DNA of 36,611 nucleotides from a virus (Duplodnaviria; Heunggongvirae; Uroviricota; Caudoviricetes): IMG/VR virus record IMGVR_UViG_2874956758_000004, positions 1 to 36,611 of that record; one strand, 5' to 3'. Shown piece by piece: positions 29,254 to 36,611 of this stretch (position 1 is its first letter; each line of letters starts with the position of its first letter). The notes under the pieces were generated by a model. It saw only the letters and a program-made list of their open reading frames with translations, ran no database searches and was not told where the DNA came from. The position numbers and the translations under genes were made by a program.

Positions 29254-29942
29254 ATGAAAACAACACTCTCAGAAAGACTTAAAAAAGCCAGATTAGCGCG
29301 AGGCCTTACACAAAAGGCGCTTGGGGATTTGGTCGGGGTTAGCCAGGCTGCTATTCAGAAAATCGAAACAGGGAAAGCTAATCAAACAACTAAAATCGTG
29401 GAGATCGCGAACGCTTTGGTGTGCGCGCAGAATGGTTATCTTCTGGCGTTGGAAATATGTCAGACAGTACAGTGCAACCAATACAATCAACTGTCAGCCA
29501 TTCCAAATACTTCAAGATTGACGTTCTTGATATAGAAGTCAGTGCTGGGCCGGGAGTCATCAACCGTGAGTTTGTAGAAGTTCTACGCTCGGTTGAGTAC
29601 TCGTTTGACGATGCTCGTCACATGTTCGATGGTAGGAAGGCGGAAAATATCCGCATCATTAACGTGCGTGGTGACAGCATGTCAGGAACGATCGAACCAG
29701 GTGATCTGCTGTTCGTTGATATCACAGTTAAATCTTTCGACGGTGATGGTATCTATGCGTTTCTGTACGACGACACAGCCCATGTAAAGCGCCTGCAAAT
29801 GATGAAGGATAAGCTGCTGGTCATCTCTGATAACAAAAGCTACTCACCGTGGGACCCGATCGAGAAAGACGAGATGAACCGGGTGTTCATCTTCGGTAAG
29901 GTTATTGGGAGCATGCCGCAGACATATAGGAAGCATGGGTAG
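29254..29942 (+). pseudogene. cI: cI-like repressor (HTH plus LexA-type S24 peptidase domain) with a frame change between the domains
   Basis: N-terminal HTH frame and C-terminal frame (…VSAGPG…RGDSMSGTIEPGDLLFVD…HVKRL…) overlap out of frame near 29415-29421. Confidence 0.65.
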
Positions 29943-30063
29943 TACCAATTAAAAATTATCAACTGGGCATTGTGCTCATTCAGTAAAGAACTAATTCCTA
30001 TCTTTGCTCTAGGTAGTAATATTAAGCCACCGCAATAATATCTTTACCTAACGGCGTAAGAAT

Positions 30064-30090
30064 CCCGGTCACCGTGCCGGGTTTTCTTTT
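30064..30090 (+). terminator. Intrinsic terminator downstream of cI
   Basis: cccggtcaccgtgccggg followed by ttttctttt. Confidence 0.5.
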
Positions 30091-30289
30091 GCCCTCCCCT
30101 CATCACACACACCGTTAAAAAAACCACCATAACCTCGCTTCAGTTATCGCTATGCGATTCAAGTCACAAAATAAATCCATCCTAAATACAACCAGTTATA
30201 GACTGGCCCCCTGAATCTCCAGACAACCAGTATCACTTAAATAAGTGATAGTCTTAATACTAGTTTTTAGACTAGTCATTGGAGAACAG

Positions 30290-30655
30290 ATGATTGATGT
30301 CTTAGGGCCGGAGAAACGCAGACGGCGTACCACACAGGAAAAGATCGCAATTGTTCAGCAGAGCTTTGAACCGGGGATGACGGTCTCCCTCGTTGCCCGG
30401 CAACATGGTGTAGCAGCCAGCCAGTTATTTCTCTGGCGTAAGCAATACCAGGAAGGAAGTCTTACTGCTGTGGCCGCCGGAGAACAGGTTGTTCCTGCCT
30501 CTCAACTTGCTGCCGCCATGAAGCAGATTAAAGAACTCCAGCGCCTGCTCGGCAAGAAAACGATGGAAAATGAACTCCTCAAAGAAGCCGTTGAATATGG
30601 ACGGGCAAAAAAGTGGATAGCGCACGCGCCCTTATTGCCCGGGGATGGGGAGTAA
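30290..30655 (+). CDS. insC: IS2 OrfA (InsC)
   Basis: As other copies. Confidence 0.9.
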
Positions 30656-31518
30656 GCTTAGTCAGCCGTTGTCTCCGGGTGTCGCGTGCGCAGTTGCACG
30701 TCATTCTCAGACGAACCGATGACTGGATGGATGGCCGCCGCAGTCGTCACACTGATGATACGGATGTGCTTCTCCGTATACACCATGTTATCGGAGAGCT
30801 GCCCACGTATGGTTATCGTCGGGTATGGGCGCTGCTTCGCAGACAGGCAGAACTTGATGGTATGCCTGCGATCAATGCCAAACGAGTTTACCGGATCATG
30901 CGCCAGAATGCGCTGTTGCTTGAGCGAAAACCTGCTGTACCGCCATCGAAACGGGCACATACAGGCAGAGTGGCCGTGAAAGAAAGCAATCAGCGATGGT
31001 GCTCTGACGGGTTCGAGTTCTGCTGTGATAACGGAGAGAGACTGCGTGTCACGTTCGCGCTGGACTGCTGTGATCGTGAGGCACTGCACTGGGCGGTGAC
31101 TACCGGCGGCTTCAACAGTGAAACAGTACAGGACGTCATGCTGGGAGCGGTGGAACGCCGCTTCGGCAACGATCTTCCGTCGTCTCCAGTGGAGTGGCTG
31201 ACGGATAATGGTTCATGCTACCGGGCTAATGAAACACGCCAGTTCGCCCGGATGTTGGGACTTGAACCGAAGAACACGGCGGTGCGGAGTCCGGAGAGTA
31301 ACGGAATAGCAGAGAGCTTCGTGAAAACGATAAAGCGTGACTACATCAGTATCATGCCCAAACCAGACGGGTTAACGGCAGCAAAGAACCTTGCAGAGGC
31401 GTTCGAGCATTATAACGAATGGCATCCGCATAGTGCGCTGGGTTATCGCTCGCCACGGGAATATCTGCGGCAGCGGGCTTGTAATGGGTTAAGTGATAAC
31501 AGATGTCTGGAAATATAG
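30613..31518 (+). CDS. insD: IS2 OrfB (InsD)
   Basis: As other copies. Confidence 0.9.
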
Positions 31519-31765
31519 GGGCAAATCCAAGTTATATCTAAAACAACCAATAAAACAACTATAGCTTTAAATAAGTTCATCGCAACAACACAACGATACG
31601 GCAACTACCTGATTCACCGTTGCGATGACCGCTTAGATCCGCAGCTTGAATTTCGGCAGGCTCCGGGGAGTGCGAGGGGTGAAACGGACGCGTGAACGTC
31701 GGTGTGACCAGCTGAAATCAACTCAACACCTCATACCTCAGTCGCTTCAACGAGGCGGCTTAGTT

Positions 31766-31972
31766 ATGACAACCGGCGGCCATCCACCGCCTGAATACGC
31801 GCAGAAGTCTCTATATGTTCAGCAGCCCAGCTTACGGGCAGGAGTTTTTATGGTTCATCAACATTACGGAACGCAGACCGTTAATCGAGGTGCGGTCATG
31901 CCAGGAATGCTGGTCAAACACAAAGATGGTACCTGGACTGCATCGCGGCATCGAGCACACTTATACCCGTGA
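31766..31972 (+). CDS. Hypothetical small protein at the kil/cIII position
   Basis: ATG after GAGGCGG; MTTGGHPPPEYAQKSLYVQQPSLRAGVF…; no family recognised and an overlapping alternative frame exists. Confidence 0.3.
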   Translation: MTTGGHPPPEYAQKSLYVQQPSLRAGVFMVHQHYGTQTVNRGAVMPGMLVKHKDGTWTASRHRAHLYP

Positions 31973-32099
31973 TTTGCTCGTGGAAGTTTTCCTCGACGGA
32001 CGCGGTAACGGCCTGAATCACTAATCCCCTTTCCTGTTTTCCTAATCAGCCTGGCATTTCGCGGGCGATATTTTCACAGCCATTTTCAGGAGTTCAGCC

Positions 32100-32396
32100 A
32101 TGAACGCTTATTACATTCAGGATCGTCTTGAGGCTCAGAGCTGGGCACGTCACTACCAGCTGATCGCCCGTGAAGAGAAAGAGGCAGAACTGGCAGACGA
32201 CATGGAAAAAGGTCTTCCACAACATCTGTTTGAATCACTCTGCATCAATCATTTGCAACGCTGCGGGGCCAGCAAAAAAGCCATTACCCGTGCGTTTGAT
32301 GACGATGTTGAGTTTCAGGAGCGCATGGCAGAACACATCCGGTACATGGTTGAAACCATTGCTCACCACCAGGTTGATATTGATTCAGAGGTATAA
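32100..32396 (+). CDS. gam: Gam (RecBCD inhibitor), short form
   Basis: [98 protein letters not shown] near-identical to remembered lambda Gam. Confidence 0.9.
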   Translation: MNAYYIQDRLEAQSWARHYQLIAREEKEAELADDMEKGLPQHLFESLCINHLQRCGASKKAITRAFDDDVEFQERMAEHIRYMVETIAHHQVDIDSEV

Positions 32397-32401
32397 AACG
32401 G

Positions 32402-33187
32402 ATGAGTACAGCACTCGCAACGCTGGCAGGGAAGCTGGCTGAACGTGTCGGCATGGATTCTGTCGACCCACAGGAACTGATCACCACTCTTCGCCAGACG
32501 GCATTTAAAGGTGATGCCAGCGATGCGCAGTTCATCGCATTGTTGATCGTCGCCAACCAGTACGGCCTTAATCCGTGGACGAAAGAAATTTACGCCTTCC
32601 CTGATAAGCAGAACGGCATCGTTCCGGTGGTGGGCGTTGATGGCTGGTCCCGCATCATCAATGAAAACCAGCAGTTTGATGGCATGGACTTTGAGCAGGA
32701 CAATGAATCCTGTACATGCCGGATTTACCGCAAGGACCGTAATCATCCGATCTGCGTTACCGAATGGATGGATGAATGCCGCCGCGAACCATTCAAAACT
32801 CGCGAAGGCAGAGAAATCACGGGGCCGTGGCAGTCGCATCCCAAACGGATGTTACGGCATAAAGCCATGATTCAGTGTGCCCGTCTCGCCTTCGGATTTG
32901 CTGGTATCTATGACAAGGATGAAGCCGAGCGCATTGTCGAAAATACCGCATACACTGCAGAACGTCAGCCGGAACGCGACATCACTCCGGTTAACGATGA
33001 AACCATGCAGGAGATTAACACTCTGCTGATTGCCCTGGACAAAACATGGGATGACGACTTATTGCCGCTCTGTTCCCAGATATTTCGCCGCGACATTCGC
33101 GCATCGTCAGAACTGACACAGGCAGAAGCAATGAAAGCTCTTGGATTCCTGAAACAGAAAGCCTCTGAACAGAAGGTGGCTGCATGA
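32402..33187 (+). CDS. bet: Bet (Red-beta single-strand annealing protein)
   Basis: 261-aa translation [66 protein letters not shown]… essentially lambda Bet. Confidence 0.95.
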   Translation: MSTALATLAGKLAERVGMDSVDPQELITTLRQTAFKGDASDAQFIALLIVANQYGLNPWTKEIYAFPDKQNGIVPVVGVDGWSRIINENQQFDGMDFEQDNESCTCRIYRKDRNHPICVTEWMDECRREPFKTREGREITGPWQSHPKRMLRHKAMIQCARLAFGFAGIYDKDEAERIVENTAYTAERQPERDITPVNDETMQEINTLLIALDKTWDDDLLPLCSQIFRRDIRASSELTQAEAMKALGFLKQKASEQKVAA

Positions 33188-33864
33188 CACCGGACATTAT
33201 CCTGCAGCGTACCGGGATCGACGTGAGAGCTGTCGAACAGGGGGATGATGCGTGGCACAAATTACGGCTCGGCGTCATCACCGCTTCAGAAGTTCACAAT
33301 GTGATAGCAAAACCCCGCTCCGGAAAGAAATGGCCTGACATGAAAATGTCCTACTTCCACACCCTGCTTGCCGAGGTTTGCACCGGTGTGGCTCCGGAAG
33401 TTAACGCTAAGGCGCTGGCCTGGGGAAAACAGTACGAGAACGACGCCAGAGCCCTCTTTGAGTTCACTTCCGGCGTGAATGTTACTGAATCCCCGATCAT
33501 CTATCGCGACGAAAGTATGCGCACCGCCTGCTCTCCCGATGGTTTATGCAGTGACGGCAAAGGCCTTGAACTGAAATGCCCGTTTACCTCCCGGGATTTC
33601 ATGAAATTCCGGCTCGGTGGTTTCGAGGCCATAAAGTCGGCTTACATGGCCCAGGTGCAGTACAGCATGTGGGTGACGCGAAAAGATGCCTGGTACTTTG
33701 CCAACTATGACCCACGAATGAAGCGTGAAGGCCTGCATTATGTCGTGGTTGAGCGGGATGAAAATTACATGGCGAGTTTTGACGAGATGGTGCCGGAGTT
33801 CATCGAAAAAATGGGCGAGGCACTGGCTGAAATTGGTTTTGTATTTGGGGAGCAATGGCGATGA
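33184..33864 (+). CDS. exo: Exo (Red-alpha 5'-3' exonuclease)
   Basis: 226-aa translation [50 protein letters not shown]… essentially lambda Exo. Confidence 0.95.
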   Translation: MTPDIILQRTGIDVRAVEQGDDAWHKLRLGVITASEVHNVIAKPRSGKKWPDMKMSYFHTLLAEVCTGVAPEVNAKALAWGKQYENDARALFEFTSGVNVTESPIIYRDESMRTACSPDGLCSDGKGLELKCPFTSRDFMKFRLGGFEAIKSAYMAQVQYSMWVTRKDAWYFANYDPRMKREGLHYVVVERDENYMASFDEMVPEFIEKMGEALAEIGFVFGEQWR

Positions 33865-34043
33865 AGCATCCTCACGATAATATCCGGGTAGGTGCGATCA
33901 CTTTCGTCTACTCCGTTACAAAGCGAGGCTGGGTATTTCCCGGCCTTTCTGTTATCCAAAATCCACTGAAAGCCCAGCGGCTGGCTGAGGAGATAAATAA
34001 TAAACGAGGGGCTGTATGCACAAAGCATCTCCTGTTGAGTTAA
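33855..34043 (+). CDS. Small lambda-type ORF downstream of exo
   Basis: 62-aa ORF overlapping the exo stop, in the position of the lambda small orf60a/orf63/orf61 genes. Confidence 0.5.
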   Translation: MAMKHPHDNIRVGAITFVYSVTKRGWVFPGLSVIQNPLKAQRLAEEINNKRGAVCTKHLLLS

Positions 34044-34207
34044 GAACGAGCATTGAGATGGCACATAGCCTTGCTCAAATTGGAGTCAGGTTTGTGCCAA
34101 TACCAGCAGAAACAGACGAAGAGTTTCATACGTTAGCCACATCCCTTTCACAAAAGCTGGAAATGATGGTGGCGAAAGCAGAAGCAGATGAGAGAGACCA
34201 GGTATGA
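34016..34207 (+). CDS. Small lambda-type ORF
   Basis: 63-aa ORF, tightly packed with neighbours. Confidence 0.5.
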   Translation: MHKASPVELRTSIEMAHSLAQIGVRFVPIPAETDEEFHTLATSLSQKLEMMVAKAEADERDQV

Positions 34208-34283
34208 CAACCACTGAATGCATTTTTCTGGCAGCGGGCTTCATATTCTGTGTGCTTATGCTTGCCGACATGGGACTTGTTCA

Positions 34284-34499
34284 ATGACACCTCAGCAAGA
34301 AAACGCCCTTCGCAGTATTGCCCGTCAGGCTAATTCTGAAATCAAAAAAGCCAGACAGCAGTTTCCGGATAAAAACGTCGATGACATTTGCCGTAGCGTA
34401 CTGAAGAAGCACCGCGAAACGGTAACGCTGATGGGATTCACACCGACTCATTTAAGCCTGGCGATCGGCATGTTAAACGGCGTTTTTAAGGAACGGTGA
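34284..34499 (+). CDS. Small lambda-type ORF; start taken at the internal MTPQQ
   Basis: MTPQQENALRSIARQANSEIKKARQQFPDKNVDDICRSVLKKHRETVTLMGF…. Confidence 0.45.
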   Translation: MTPQQENALRSIARQANSEIKKARQQFPDKNVDDICRSVLKKHRETVTLMGFTPTHLSLAIGMLNGVFKER

Positions 34500-34597
34500 A
34501 CATGAAAAGCAAAATCATCAGGGAGCTACAGGCTCCTTTTTTATTGTTCGCATTCACCCTCAAGCGTATTAACCAACAATTCAGGAATTAATGAAAG

Positions 34598-34816
34598 ATG
34601 GCAGACATCATTGATTCAGCATCAGAAATCGAAGAATTACAGCGCAATACAGCAATAAAAATGCGTCGTCTGAACTACCAGACTGTATCCGCAACTCATT
34701 GTTGTGAATGTGGCGATCCGATAGATGAGCGAAGACGACTGGCTGTTCAGGGTTGTCGGACTTGTGCAAGTTGCCAGGAGGAGATCGAACTTAAGAACAA
34801 ACAATGGGGACTGTGA
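34598..34816 (+). CDS. TraR/DksA-family C4 zinc-finger protein
   Basis: …CCECGDPIDERRRLAVQGCRTCASCQEE… four-cysteine motif. Confidence 0.65.
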   Translation: MADIIDSASEIEELQRNTAIKMRRLNYQTVSATHCCECGDPIDERRRLAVQGCRTCASCQEEIELKNKQWGL

Positions 34817-34863
34817 TGGCCTCAAAGCAGTAAATTTCAACATCGTCCAACTGAGGTGTAAAA

Positions 34864-35103
34864 ATGTTCAGAATCATTTTTCCTAACACCTGGTACGTCG
34901 ACCACCACGGCACTCCCTGCAAAATCCTGCGTTCTACCCACAACAAAGTTCACTACATCCGAAAAGGCAGAACATGTATCGCCAGCATGTTCCGCTTTAA
35001 TCATGACTTTGAACCTGTGAATAAAGCTGATGCAGTTCGGATAGCAGAAGAGATCGAAACGGCAGAACACATTAAGAAGTTACGTGCCATACGCAGGAAA
35101 TAG
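34864..35103 (+). CDS. Hypothetical 79-aa protein
   Basis: ORF only; no family recognised. Confidence 0.35.
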   Translation: MFRIIFPNTWYVDHHGTPCKILRSTHNKVHYIRKGRTCIASMFRFNHDFEPVNKADAVRIAEEIETAEHIKKLRAIRRK

Positions 35104-35232
35104 AAAAATTGATAAATTCAATACTGCATTTCTCAGCATTAAATTTATCTCTATGACCAGTCAAGAGATGTACCTGCCATGAGCTTAATATCATGTCAGA
35201 TATATCGGTCACAAACTCCCTCAGCAGCTAAG

Positions 35233-35377
35233 AGGAGGACAAATGTCTCGACTAATCACTTTACAGGACTGGGCTAAAGAAGAATTTGGGGACTTAGCAC
35301 CAAGTGAGCGAGTTCTGAAAAAATACGCGCAAGGGAAAATGATGGCCCCACCCGCTATAAAAGTTGGTCGCTACTAG
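35233..35377 (+). CDS. xis: Putative excisionase-like small protein upstream of int (below the ORF-track size cutoff)
   Basis: ATG preceded by AAGAGGAGG; MSRLITLQDWAKEEFGDLAPSERVLKKYAQGKMMAPPAIKVGRY, with a lambda Xis-like LTLQEW…PPP.K motif. Confidence 0.5.
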
Positions 35378-35468
35378 ATGATTGACCGAAATTCCCGTTT
35401 TGTAGGAACGCTTGCAGAACCGCAACTCCCAATAAACGCAAACCCAAAACTCCAACGGATAATCGCTG

Positions 35469-36611
35469 ATGGCTGCTAGACCCCGATCTCACAAAATCTC
35501 TATACCCAATTTATATTGCAAATTAGATAAGCGAACCGGAAAGGTATATTGGCAATACAAACATCCACTATCCGGTCGTTTTCATAGCTTAGGAACTGAT
35601 GAGAATGAAGCAAAACAAGTTGCTACTGAAGCAAATACCATTATTGCTGAACAACGTACCCGACAAATATTAAGCGTCAATGAGCGTCTGGAAAGAATGA
35701 AAGGCAGGCGCTCAGACATTACGGTGACAGAATGGCTTGATAAATATATTTCTATCCAGGAGGACAGGCTGCAACATAATGAACTAAGACCCAACTCCTA
35801 TCGGCAAAAAGGCAAACCCATTCGTCTTTTCCGTGAGCATTGTGGAATGCAACACCTCAAGGATATTACCGCACTTGATATTGCCGAAATAATTGATGCT
35901 GTAAAGGCTGAAGGTCATAACAGGATGGCGCAAGTCGTGAGAATGGTGTTGATCGACGTCTTCAAAGAAGCACAACACGCAGGACATGTTCCGCCAGGAT
36001 TTAACCCAGCGCAGGCAACAAAACAACCGCGAAATCGAGTAAACCGCCAAAGATTATCACTGCCCGAATGGCAGGCAATATTTGACAGCGTAAGCAGACG
36101 GCAGCCCTATTTAAAATGCGGGATGCTACTTGCTCTTGTCACTGGACAACGTTTAGGCGATATCTGCAATTTGAAATTCTCTGATATCTGGGACGACATG
36201 TTGCACATTACTCAGGAAAAAACCGGTTCAAAACTTGCTATTCCGCTTAACCTGAAATGCGATGCTCTGAATATTACCCTTCGTGAAGTTATATCTCAGT
36301 GCAGGGATGCTGTTGTTAGTAAATATCTGGTCCATTACCGTCACACTACCTCTCAAGCAAACAGAGGAGACCAGGTGTCTGCAAATACTCTTACAACGGC
36401 TTTTAAAAAGGCCAGGGAAAAATGTGGCATAAAATGGGAGCAAGGAACTGCGCCCACATTTCATGAGCAGCGATCTCTGTCAGAACGGTTATATCGGGAA
36501 CAGGGTCTGGATACGCAAAAGTTGTTAGGTCATAAATCCAGAAAAATGACCGACCGATACAATGATGATCGTGGTAAAGACTGGATTATCGTAGATATCA
36601 AAACAGCATAG
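35469..36611 (+). CDS. int: Lambda-type tyrosine integrase, full length
   Basis: 380-aa translation with …RPRSHK…PNLY… N-terminus and C-terminal …HEQRSLSERLY…LLGHKSRKMTDRYNDDRGKDW… (catalytic Tyr context) matching lambda Int. Confidence 0.9.
   Translation: MAARPRSHKISIPNLYCKLDKRTGKVYWQYKHPLSGRFHSLGTDENEAKQVATEANTIIAEQRTRQILSVNERLERMKGRRSDITVTEWLDKYISIQEDRLQHNELRPNSYRQKGKPIRLFREHCGMQHLKDITALDIAEIIDAVKAEGHNRMAQVVRMVLIDVFKEAQHAGHVPPGFNPAQATKQPRNRVNRQRLSLPEWQAIFDSVSRRQPYLKCGMLLALVTGQRLGDICNLKFSDIWDDMLHITQEKTGSKLAIPLNLKCDALNITLREVISQCRDAVVSKYLVHYRHTTSQANRGDQVSANTLTTAFKKAREKCGIKWEQGTAPTFHEQRSLSERLYREQGLDTQKLLGHKSRKMTDRYNDDRGKDWIIVDIKTA

Larger units (their letters stand above)
30199..31529 (+). 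mobile_element. IS2 copy 4, complete, 5-bp target duplication AGTTA
   Basis: agtta at 30194-30198 and 31530-31534. Confidence 0.95.

Noticed and set aside
31646-31972. 108-aa ORF with an arginine-rich N-terminus as a possible N antiterminator
   Set aside because: No convincing similarity to N proteins, it overlaps other candidate frames, and it begins 117 bp from the IS2 end; kept only as a low-confidence small ORF from the internal ATG.
32363-32839. 158-aa minus-strand ORF
   Set aside because: Antisense to bet, which is near-identical to lambda Bet; a shadow ORF.

Overview
The window looks like a heavily IS-riddled, gutted lambdoid prophage from a Shigella/EIEC-type chromosome, laid out in phage lambda gene order but reversed. 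Reading right to left: xis/int (att side beyond 36611), lambda-like Red genes exo-bet-gam, a cI/cro-like immunity region, YdaT-like gene, lambda-type O and P, truncated ren, then DLP12-like ybcK/ybcL remnants, a second replication module (initiator, DnaC-like loader, DnaB-like helicase), ninH, antiterminator Q with a downstream terminator, four tightly packed tRNA genes, a phage-21-type lysis cassette (pinholin S, an extra 209-aa gene, SAR endolysin R, Rz/Rz1), no head or tail genes, then a side tail fibre gene, tfa, and an ipaH-family effector gene with an MxiE-box-like motif upstream. At least eleven IS copies are present: four IS2, two IS600 each carrying IS30 at the same site, one IS30 copy itself carrying an IS3-family element, one IS66-family element and one IS5-family element. 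Most have readable target-site duplications. cI, O, the second initiator, ybcL, ybcK, ren, the tail fibre gene and a dinI-like gene all appear inactivated. The best candidate for something undescribed is the 209-aa gene inserted between holin and endolysin. All identifications rest on reading the supplied translations and sequence against remembered protein families; no database search was run.
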